This document shows, in pieces, positions 52,904 to 64,000 of a DNA stretch of 64,000 nucleotides. A model generated the notes under the pieces. It saw nothing but the letters and a program-made list of their open reading frames with translations, did no database searches and was not told the DNA's origin. The first letter of the stretch is position 1, and each line of letters starts with the position of its first letter. The stretch is from Podarcis pityusensis (lineage: Eukaryota). The stretch lies in NCBI GenBank assembly GCA_964106645.2, contig OZ067043.1; one strand, written 5' to 3'. Made by a program: the position numbers and the translations under genes.

Positions 52904-54574
52904 TGTGGCCATATATGTAGGTTGTGTTTACACATCAGTATGTTTTAAGTCTGAATGGTTAACGCTCTTCCCCTTACATTGGAAGGAGTAACAAATCATG
53001 AACCCTGGCTTTGCATTACATCCAAGCAGAGCATTGAGTGTTGGACTTGGCTTACCAAGATTGCTGGTATGAGCTTAACACTAACCAGGGATCACTGGTT
53101 ATTGTGCTAGAGGATGAGCAATCTGTGTAAACACAGTACACAATTAACTATGATTTATTATGTGCAAGCCTGGGCCATTTTTATGTTGCATTAGATAATA
53201 CACACCCTTGTTTCAAACCATGCTTGAAAGTGCACCAGGCCTTGTCCTCTACAATCTCAAAAATCTGTTTACTGGCTGAACATTTCCAGTTGTTGGGAGT
53301 TTGGGTTCAATTGCTCTTTGCTTCTTCAACAAATGAAACCTCCCTAAACTTTGCAAAATAGTAATTGTATAATTTATATCACATTATTCACCTTTTTTAA
53401 AGTGCAGAATCTGGATTGAATGGAGACTTTTACTCTGAAAATAAAACATGTACTGAAGTTTAAGCCCTGTAAAAATCATTGGTAAATGTCATCAACTAGG
53501 TGATGACCTACACCCAAAGAAACCAATCTGATAAATTGCTTCTTTTGGTACTGCAAAGGTAAATCCTAGTATTAGTCTCAGTTGCATCACCAACCTCCAT
53601 TTGATAAAAGGTACACAGGACGTGGGGGTTAAGAACTGTAGCCAAGGTTCCTTAAATACTGTGCTTTACTAAATGACACTTGAAGGAACATGATACACCA
53701 AGTCCTGAATGTATGAAGTGGTATGTAAAGTTAAGTATATGGAATGTGTTAGCTTTTGCTGGTCCAAAGTCGGGTCCAGATTTCTAGCTTCCAAGCTAGG
53801 TTTGCAGCTTGGATGCAGAAGTTTTTGGTGGTTTAGGATGATTTTTCTATTAAGATACTTTTCTTTGATGCAGCGAGAGAAACTATAGTGGAATTTTCTC
53901 CCCAGAACACGTTTTATGCAAGTTGTCTTGTTGGCCTGCCCTTTAACCAAAGTTAAGGAAAGCAGCCTCTGAATGAGCTACCATATTGAAAATTATCACC
54001 ATGGAGTCTAGATTAGAACCCGTTCATCTGGCTCATGAAAAGAGGCTGGCTGTTGCCTCATCTGGCTTTAGTGTCATTAGCATGTGTGGGCAGGCAGCAA
54101 AGTTCCTATTTATGTTGAAGTGCTTCTGTTGGCTGCAGATCCTGAAATTTCTCTTCCACACCTGATGAAAATTGTTGTTGATCTCTCTACCTATATAATC
54201 TGATGCTTCCCTAATTAGCAAAGCCAATTCTATTTTGCATTTTAGTTAAAGGCATTTAAAATCTCTGGCACTGAGAGATTAGCTGTAGTTCTCCTGTTTT
54301 TAACTGACACAATATATTGAATATATTTATAGACCTTGTGTTCCTCAATTTCTTCATCTAAATTTCAAAAAAAATGTATTTTCAAATTATTTTTGGAACT
54401 TAACCATTTTTCTTAAGAAAAATGCTGTTAAATACTGTTTCTAATAGAACTTGGGAGTTTCGGCCTCTCCAACCTGCATCAGTACTATTATACCTTTTTA
54501 TTGTCAGTTGGTTAGTCTTGGATACACAGGGTGGAAGTACCCAGGTGGGCAAAAATGCAAATACTACAAATAAC

Positions 54575-54580
54575 TTTATT
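54575..54580 (-). terminator. Candidate proximal poly(A) signal of SLC35D1
   Basis: TTTATT on + (AATAAA on -) about 0.8 kb after the stop codon, with UGUA elements upstream on the minus strand. Confidence 0.45.
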
Positions 54581-55387
54581 AAATATAATTATTACAAATA
54601 ACTGAATTTGTATGGCACTGGTTCAATATTCTTTTACATCTGAATTGTCTTTAGCTACTTAGTCCCAACAGTTTTGGCTACCTAGTTACAATGTTTTAAG
54701 TTATAACTTGCTTAGAGTTAGATTCATTTTTGCAGATGAGTCTGAGCTTAAAGGGGGATTCATACTGAGGGCATTACAATGTTATGAAAAGAATTCCTTG
54801 CAAAAGAATCCATTTGTTCTTGCCGATTCTTGAATAAGAAAATCCCACCTAACTACTGTGCTTTACAAGCCTCTTAGGTATAAATACTGCTGAAGTTAAT
54901 AATACTTTACTGTGGGCCGAAAAGTTATTTCCATTGGGATTTAAGTGATTTGAATTGCATCCTTAGTTACTACAGTCTATGCTTCATTTCGATGAGAAAT
55001 TGATTGCTATCTTATGTTGAGTGAATTGAGTCAACACTGGGCCTTTTAGCACAATAGCCTCAGTTCATTTTGAAATATTTAGGACATGTTTTCTTGCTCC
55101 ACTCAAGATTATAAAAGCTATAGAGCATAAGAAGTATTTGTCTTCACAGATGGTGCAAGATAGGCTGTGACTGTTTAAGCCTTATTCCTTTCAGCCTAGT
55201 GTTAATAACCAGCTGTACATTTTGTGCTATCAGTTAAATATCTCATTCTAAAAGGCAGCGAGCAATCTTCATATTGGGTACTCTCCATTTGCACATACAA
55301 TTCTATTCAGAGATACGGCACATTCTAGCGATTTGTCAGCAATCACGGCTGAAAATCAAGAGCTACTGTTGGTAAGTGACCCTTTTG

Positions 55388-55496
55388 TCATACAGAGCTT
55401 TTCCCTTTAATGTCCATCTTGATGCTAACTTCAGACTGCTTGTTCATTTGCTCTTCTGTAAAGGTGATGTAAGAATACACCAGGCTTCCAGCAATA
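55388..55496 (-). CDS. SLC35D1: SLC35D1 last coding exon ([35 protein letters not shown]), nucleotide-sugar transporter
   Basis: Matches the recalled SLC35D1 C-terminus with a dilysine-like KGK ending; cag acceptor; 109 nt. Confidence 0.96.
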
Positions 55497-56058
55497 CTGC
55501 AAGACACAGATTTTTTTCAGGTGAAAAATACAGCTTAAACTCAGTTCTCAAGTCATACTAAGTAAACTCAATTCGTATTTTATATTCTACTAAACACTAC
55601 AGACAAGTAGAAAATGTTAGCAGCCCAGTTAATCGATAGTAGTCTGCTTCTAATGTAAGGACAGCAGGTAGTTGAATTAGGTGGCAAGAACATGTTATCA
55701 GGTTTATGGTGATAAAAGTAAACTGTAAATGTGATGAATTGCTGCTGCCTTTTTGCCTGGCTTCAGTTGTGTGGTTCTTCACAACAGCTGCAGTTTTCTT
55801 TTCTAACCTCTTACAACTCCCTGATCCTAGCCAGAATAAAGTTAGGAGGCTTTCATTCCATAGGTATTTATGGCACACAAAGCCTGCTGTAAGTGGAACT
55901 GTAACTGACTTTCCAAACTAGGGGGAAGTATGGTGCTTTTTAAATAGGTATATTCACAATGGTTCATCATACCACTTGAAGCACACCACATATTCAGTGT
56001 AACTCTTGTAGTGGGTGCTATTATATTGTAAACTCTGTGTTTGAGTACAAAAGCAGCA

Positions 56059-56240
56059 CAGTTATACCTTGGTTTTCAAACAGCTTAGTTCTCGAATGTT
56101 TTGGCTCCCGAATGCTGCAAACCTGGAAGTGACTGTTGTAGTTTGTGAACTATTTTTGGAAGCCGAACATCTGATGGGGCTTTGTTTTCTGGATGTTTTG
56201 GAGGTTGAACGGATTCCGTTCTATTTCCAAGGTACAACTG
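56059..56240. mobile_element. Tc1/mariner-type MITE, older
   Basis: CAGTTATACCTTGG / CCAAGGTACAACTG|TA TIRs. Confidence 0.7.
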
Positions 56241-56262
56241 TATAAGTAAAATGCTTCTGCAG

Positions 56263-56828
56263 CAGGGCTGGGCGATGTCAGGTTTTCAATATCGCGATGT
56301 ACCAGCAGCTAAATACCATGATCTGCTGATATATCACGGATATTTCTTCCTCCCCATGTCAGGGGAAGAAGCAGCAGCCAAGATACATGCCCAGCCCTAC
56401 GGTGAGCAAGCCCAATGCCTTTCCAGCTGGCGTGCGAGTCAGAGGAGCATTGGGGCTTCCTTGCACTGCTCAGCTGTGGGGCATGAGGACTCTCACCCCC
56501 CAGCTGAGCAAGCCCTGATACTTCTCTGGATTGCATGCAAGGCATCAGGGCTTGCTCAGCTGAGGGGCAGTCATGTGAACCAGAGGCAGGGGCTCCACTG
56601 AGGAGTGTGCCCGCCAATGTAGTTTGTTTCACCCTCTGTGGTATGAGAGGCAGAGTGTGATGACTTTACCCAGCAGTATCACAGGTGAGGCCACCACCAA
56701 GTCCCTCTGCTGCCAATGGCCCAATATTGAAAGCAGGGACTCTGGAGCGGCATCTGTTTCACCTGTAATATTGCATTCTGCCCCTCATACCAGTCCTGGA
56801 CAATATATTGATACATCCCCCTGGCCTA
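56263..56828. mobile_element. Probable hAT-like non-autonomous element
   Basis: CAGGGCTGGGCGAT start, ATCCCCCTGGCCTA end, ATATCG-rich subtermini. Explains the overlapping spurious ORFs. Confidence 0.5.
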
Positions 56829-57566
56829 TTCTGTAGCTATGACTCAATGAAAGATGATACTATAAATACTATACTGCATTGCTTTTCCAGCTCCGCCCCC
56901 CCTGCCATGAGTACTTTAATCATCACACACATAAATATACCTAAACAAGTGTTACAGTGACTGTAGGCTTAAGCTTTGATTGGTTGACACACACACACCA
57001 CATCACTAATGTTCCTAAAGGCATCTATAGCTGTCAAGTATTACTCTTCTGGGTTTTTTTTTCTGAAAAGAAGGCAACTGTTTAACTATGGTCAAAGACC
57101 AGGTAATCTCTGCGAAGGCAAATGTACTGGGAAGCATATACCCGGGAAGGAGTAAATTTAGCATTAGTACAGAAGTCAAGTAACCAGTGAAACAGTTGTC
57201 AGTGGAGCAGTCAAATGCTCCAGGCAGCCAAAACTTTTCCTGTGGGAAGTGACAGCTTCCTTTATCATTTGTTAGTGAATTAACCCGGAAGGAGCCAAAG
57301 GTAGGGGAATGAACATACAGACACACTCGTTATGAATCAAGGTGCACTTATCCTACCCTAATGTGTGTATTAAGAAATGTTCTCTAATTGTATGAGATTA
57401 AGTTTCATTTTTTCTTCTAAACTGCAGTTCCAGAAATCCTTATGTTTATTTCAAGACACTTTCAGCACAAAACTAAATGCTTTTCTATACAGAAGTCATA
57501 TTGATTTCAATTACAACATTTGTTGTATAACTGCCACTTATGAGCTCCCCAACAGTCTTGCACTTA

Positions 57567-57671
<105 letters not shown>

Positions 57672-58041
57672 TCATACAGTTTTCTGTTGCTTTTTCAACA
57701 TTTGTGAGATGCTAACATGGGGGAAATGTTACAGACAAGTCTTAAGCCTTACACTGAAAGAGCTAGCAGAATATTCTACTGAAAGTAAATAGGGGCTCTA
57801 CAAAAGGTGGCACAAACTGCAAATCACAGTGTTTGTATTCACACTTCATCTTTTCGTCATCTTCCCATAAACACCATTCTCTCTTGTATAGCCCAAACCT
57901 TCAAGTCAGAGCACAAGCTCTTCTACATATCAGATTTGAGGCAACAAAACATTTTCAAAGCTATCATTTACCCTTCCTTCCCTATGATGCACCAAGACCA
58001 TTATGGCACAACAGATCCCAAACAACTAACATGGAGTATTA

Positions 58042-58176
<135 letters not shown>

Positions 58177-58526
58177 TTAAAAAACATGTAAAATAGTACC
58201 AAGCTGGGCAGAAAGTAGTATACTGAACAATTTCTGGTGCCTGCTGGTTTCTGAGATTCTGGCAAAGAATGTTGAACTACAAATACCCAGACTGGCAAAT
58301 GAGTTAAGTGCAGCATACCCTCAAGCCCTCATATGCCTTGAGTCCACATGTACAGCATAGTAGCAGCATTCAGACTCTCAGCCCAGAGGGATATGCATAG
58401 TCTGCATATTTCTTTTCAGCTGGTGTGGCTAGCCTGCTGTTACTGACCGAAAGCGGCTACGCTCACTAGTGCATAGCTGTTAAGAGTACAGTGTCTCTTA
58501 GGAGAAAAAAAGGCAAGTATCCTTAC

Positions 58527-58594
58527 CCCATTACACATGACAGTGTAAACTGTATAAGGAAAAGTTTGTCTGACCAGCCTTTGTATTCCATTGC
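58527..58594 (-). CDS. SLC35D1: SLC35D1 exon (AMEYKGWSDKLFLIQFTLSCVMG)
   Basis: 68 nt, phase 0->2, tag/gtaagg. Confidence 0.95.
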
Positions 58595-58661
58595 CTAGAA
58601 GCAAAACAAATACAGAATTTTAGCAGAACAGCTAAAATTGCAGAAGTGTTGAACCAACACT

Positions 58662-58945
58662 GGCTTCCGGTTTGCCGCAGGACGGAACATGGCACGAGCT
58701 CAGAAGGGCTCTATCGCTAACGGGCTTTGAGGCGGCAGACGCGAAGGCTACATGTCCCCCCAACCCCCAAGAGGGAGTCTTAGGGTCAGCATAGAAGCAG
58801 CGGCGTCAAAGAGGAGTTTCCTGGTCTCTTTTGTAAAGGGGGGGGGGCAGTCCCGACGCAAGAGAATAGCAGCCCGTGACGAGCAGCCTCATGCAGGTTC
58901 CGAGAAGCAGTAAATCTCCGTATCCCCATAATTTAATAGAGCGGA
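58662..58945 (+). mobile_element. CpG-rich probable non-LTR retroelement 5' end
   Basis: Abrupt CpG-rich block starting GGCTTCCGG within an AT-rich intron. Confidence 0.45.
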
Positions 58946-59474
58946 AAAGGGAACCTTACAAAAGAAACTTACAATTGAACAAATAAATCTGGCATAAAGA
59001 AAGGGGGTAAAAAGGGATATTGGAGCAATAGAAAATGGGGCAGTACAATATTTTCACATACACTTTGCCAACACATGTCCATTTTTGTATATGTGCCCAA
59101 TCCCATATGTGTATGCCAAAGACCTCATCAGGCAGCATTCACAAACGTACCCTCAATTATGTAATGTCTTTAAAATTACACATGAAATTACTCAAATGAG
59201 CCAATCTGCAAGTATTCCAAATGACTGTCATATTCAATGGGGAATCTATACCAACAGTCTCATCTTTGGCCTAGCTTTTTTAAGCACTCTAAGTCTGTGC
59301 TTAGCATCTCCACTGAAGAAATGTAATGTGTATCAAAGGGATCATGAGCTAGGTAGCAGGTTGTGGGGCTCTTGTGTCCCTGGGGTTAGGGATTGGGGGT
59401 TTTCTGAGTGTGTTTGTGGTAATGCTCAAGTATGCCCTGTGTATGTGTACTTGAGCATTGGAGGAAGAAGTATA

Positions 59475-59683
59475 CAGTGGTAGCTCTGGTTACGAACTTT
59501 ATTCGTTCCAGAGGTCCGTTCTTAACCTGAGGTACCACTTTAGCTAATGGGGCCTCCCACTGCCGCTGCACCACCAGCGCACAATTTCTGTTCTCATCCT
59601 GAGGTAAAGTTCTTAACCTGAGGTACTACTTCTGGGTTAGCAGAGTCTATAACCTGAAGTGTTTGTAACCCGAGGTACCACTG
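59475..59683. mobile_element. Tc1/mariner (Tigger-like) MITE
   Basis: TA|CAGTGGTAGCTCTGGTTAC ... GTAACCCGAGGTACCACTG|TA. Reverse complement of the 33688-33899 family. Confidence 0.88.
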
Positions 59684-62449
59684 TATGTGGCTGCAGTTGG
59701 GGGGGGGGGGGCACCTTGTATATTCTACTAATACTAGAATACACTCCCTGTAAGCAGAAGCAAATGATGTGAAAATACAATGTTGAAGCCTGAACACTGC
59801 AAAACGGTTATCATTTCTGCAGCGTACACCTTAACTATGCCTCCCACTTATTAGAAGATTATATTAAAGAAGTAACATAATGAGCATTTCAGGAGAAAAA
59901 TGTTTAAAGAAATTAAATAGTAGTTTTGACACTAATCAGCTGCTTTAAAAATGAGGAAAAATTACTGTTGAATCTAGACTAGGAACATTTGACACATAGA
60001 CATATAAGCCTACCAGTTTATCAGTTGGCTACAAAGAGGAAGTTGCAAATGCATCAGCTCAAACCCAGCACTACCTTCAGATTTCCAAAGACAACCTGCA
60101 ACGTACTGCACAAACTGTACCCATGCTTAAACTAAATGCAGCAACGCTCAACTGCTGGAATTTAGAAATCTACAGCAAAGCATAGTGCTAGAAGCAGGTC
60201 AGATCACTCCATTATTTCCCATCTCAGAACTGACCTATTCCTCTTGGCCTTTTTGGCATCAAAAGAGACATTTGTAAATATACAGTTATCTATAATAATG
60301 TATATGAAAGCTTACAAAGACAGTGATCATTACGAATAATATTACTGGCAGGATCACAAGTGCACAGTCAAATGACTACCAGTAGCGTCTGAACAATCCA
60401 GCAATAGCTAAAATCCTGGGTAAGTTCTACATCACTTTGTGGTCTATGTACACACAAATATTTGGCACCCACAGAGGTCCCCTGTCAATAAAGGCTTGGT
60501 TGTGTCCCCAAGGTCAGACCTTTTTTTAAATATAAAACTGTTTTCAGTCATCAGCTATTTGATATACCTTAGAGAATTAGCATCAAGAACAGCAAAAAGT
60601 ATTAACAGCAAGAGACAACAGCCCTAAAGTATATCTCAAAAGGTCCAACTAAAATGTGTAGTAAAATCAATTAAAGGGTATCCTTGTGGCACCCTTTCCC
60701 AACATTTTCAGAGCTTGCTAAAATCAGAAGAGAAAAGCAACAGCAGGAATGAGAGACAACCTTGCTTGACCCATAACCACATATGAGATAAGCAATTCTT
60801 TGTAGGAAAACAGCTGGTAATAATTCTGTAGAACCTCTCCCTTTTGACATGGCTTTCTTTCTTTCTTATATGCACAGTCTTTGGCTGTAGCATCCAAACC
60901 AAGGCATGGGGTCGTTATATGAAATAGCTATGTGTTATGATCAAGTAACAGAACTTACTGCTGGGTTCTGCTGGTGTAAATAATAAGTGTCATAGGTGTA
61001 CTTTTCCAGTGCTTTAATAGCTGGATGATAAATTTACTCACAAGTGCTCTATAGACAGATTTTAATGAACTAAACTGCCAAGTGTTGGCACAAATTCTCT
61101 CTTGGCTCGTATTTAACTGTATCAAGTTTATCAACTTGGATTAAGAGGGGATGGTGCCGTGTGTAAAAAGCAGAGCCACGGCCTTAGAAATATGTATCTA
61201 CGACAAAGCCAATGATTTCCCAGCTCTGTGAATGTTGAGCTTCCTGGATGTTTAACAGAGCAGACTTTGTTCACCTTAACTGCCAAGAGCTTGCCGGGGA
61301 GAAGAAAGTTTATTCAAAAATTAGTAGCTTAAGATATTTACACATACTGTGAATGCAAACTGCAGAGTCTAGAACAGTGCTGGTATTCTCCTCCTCACTT
61401 AATTGGTGCACATATTTCTAAATGAATACTTTTCCCCCCTCCCACAAATACATAAACACTGAGATGCTATTTTCTATCTCAAGAGGAGGTTCTTAAAATG
61501 CAATGTGAGAAGGATTCCAGGAGAGAGGGAGGCAGGCAAAGACCACATTGGAGCCTGCTCCAGCTGCACTCTCCCCTTCCCACTGTCACAGGGGATCTAT
61601 CATCAACCATCCAGAGGAAACAATTCCAGGTGAGAGGGATGCAGGTAAACAGGGCATCAGGGCACGCTCCAGCTGGACTGTTTCCTTCCCATCAACTCTC
61701 CAGTGGGAAGGATCCTGATGGCAGGATGTGTCTTTTGATATTGTTGTGCTTTCCTCCCCTCCCCCCCCCAATATAGCAACTTAGTGGGCCATTTTTTTGT
61801 AAGCCACCCTGGAAGGATTTGAAATATAATTGTAATTATTCAGTCCACTCTTTAGCTGTGACCAATGCAAGTGTTTAGTATCAAATACTGTATCCATGGT
61901 TGTTTATAGCAGGGTATGGGGAAACTGGCCTACTGGATATTGGTGAACTAATGGTTCCTATCAGAAACTTTATGGATATTAGTTAATCAAGCATACATCT
62001 TGTCAAACTAAGTCAAGAAGTCTCTCCAAAAAGGCACCTGTGGATCTGGAAGTTCAACACCTTCCGCCGCCCCCCCCCCCCCCGTTAACACATGGAAGAA
62101 ATATGGGAACCAGTTCTCTACAAATTGCCTTCTTTCACAAAACCCTGTGGTTCTCTTGATGATAGACTTGTTCATATTTCAGCTACATATATCCTGATAT
62201 ATGACACAACATAAGTGTTCTGGGTTTACTCCAATTTTTCCCTCACAGTGATGTGAAGAATGCCTTAGAAGCATGCTGTGACATATTTGCTACAAATTTA
62301 AAGAAGTAAATAGGTCATAGTAACACAGTATTGTGCCCAAAGCACTGTTTAGTCATCGTTTTGTTGGTGGAGTTTCAGCTCTGGCAACCTGAGGATGTGG
62401 GCAGAGCATCTCACGTGTCTGCTTATCGCTTGGGTTGGCTGCCTGGGTC

Positions 62450-62715
62450 CCAAGGCAATAAATGCCTTCTTGGGAGAGGAAATGGCCCTGTCTGTCCTGA
62501 AAATGGCAATTAAAATGCCACTCCTAAAGAAGGCCTCTCTAGGCAACAAGGATTGTAGTAATTATTGGCCAAGAATGAACATTCACTTCTCAAGCAAGTT
62601 GCTGTGGAGTGGGTGACTCCTGGTAGCTGCAGGCATTTTGGATGAAACTCTTTAGATCCATTCCATGCTGGCTTCAGGCACAGAAACTGCCTTGGTGGAG
62701 TAACCTATGCCAAGA
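62450..62715 (+). mobile_element. L2-clade RT fragment
   Basis: INAFL.E...LK.A...PLLKKASL.....NYWP, LDPFHAGFR, TETALV remnants. Confidence 0.75.
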
Positions 62716-63276
62716 GGACAAGGAAGAGCTCCACAGATGCTACAACCGACTGCAGCATGGACCTTGCAGAGCACTGGCTGCGCAGCCACAGTATCTGCAA
62801 ATATTGTTGCCCCAACTGCTCACACACATTACAGAAGTTGTGTAAATGCTAGGCACTGCCCCTGCAATTCCTGCATCGACTCTTAACATTGCTATGGATT
62901 ATTTAGTGGTCGCTGGTAAGGAAAATGGCAATGGCAGATAACTTAGGACCATAGTATTGGCTTCCCAGGGACAATTCACATACTAGTATCATCGCACTGA
63001 AACCAATGCCAATATAAGTCGGCCTTTCTCAATTGCTTCCTCAGTCTCATTATAGGTAAGTTTCCCTTCCACATATACCTTTGAAATTGTGCAGTTTCTT
63101 ACTTGCAGTCATGACAAATGCCAAGATTTTTAAAATTGTTCTGAATTAAAACTAAACAGTAACGTATTTAGACATCCTGGTACACAACACCATAAACTGC
63201 ATTTTTTTTAAAAAAGCCCACAAAATTGTATTTCACAATTACTGACATTGCTTGACAGGAAGCAATATAGTTTTCA

Positions 63277-63435
<159 letters not shown>

Positions 63436-64000
63436 TTATTTTGGCTGAATGATAAATCCGTACACAGAGAAGTTCACAAAACGAGACCTCATCCATCATC
63501 TCCTACAAGCATCATAAATGTAGCATCCTGTCTGAGTCCTTGAGACACAAAGCAGCTTCATGTTTCCCCATGGTGCAAATCAGCAATGATATAAATAATA
63601 TAGCTGGCAAAACTTTTTTTCTATTTCTTAAAGATAACATCTACTTTAAATCAAAAGTATATGAAATAATTTTTTAAAAACCCCAAATAGCTATTAAAGC
63701 ATATATACTTTACTGTTTACCTTACCTATCGATGGATATAAAAGAGAGACCATAAGCACAAATACGATTTTTATACAAACCATCTGCCCCCCAAAAATCA
63801 TTTGCCTAGTACAGCTGCAATACTTAAACTCTGCGAAACATAGTAAGTTGGGAGCCTGCCTTGGGAATGTATATTGTTCTTCACCACGCGTCTCCTCTCT
63901 AGAGCAAGTTGCCACCCACCCTTTAAATACAGAGCTTGAAACTGCTGGGGTTATTAAGGTCTTAACCACAGATAGCACTGATGCAAACACTCTGCTTCAT

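Overview
Vertebrate genomic DNA, almost certainly a squamate and probably a lacertid lizard (Sauria SINEs, BovB, Penelope-like, CR1/L2 and hAT/Tc1 MITE repertoire). It is the syntenic block DNAI4(WDR78)<- ->MIER1-> <-SLC35D1. (1) The first five coding exons of DNAI4 are on the minus strand (8089 down to 579; the gene continues off the left edge), with an RFX X-box/forkhead/CCAAT promoter at ~8.3-8.7 kb. (2) A complete MIER1 gene is on the plus strand: CpG-island start, 13 coding exons at 15102-47975, 1506 nt = 501 aa beta-type isoform with ELM2, SANT and NLS. (3) The last five coding exons of SLC35D1 are on the minus strand (63408 down to 55388). All exon phases were checked by hand and join in frame with GT-AG boundaries. 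Most ORFs in the supplied track are spurious. There are two assembly gaps. I found no evidence for a new multi-gene system. The most unusual structures are: a Penelope-like fold-back that turns exactly at the palindromic stem of its hammerhead ribozyme; a Tigger1-like shell around unrelated DNA; a 1.2-kb non-coding retroelement with a 17-bp TSD; a quasi-palindromic pair of convergent poly(A) signals between MIER1 and SLC35D1; and candidate alternative first exons plus an inverted HRE pair in the MIER1 promoter. Gene and repeat-family names come from recalled sequence similarity, not from a search.
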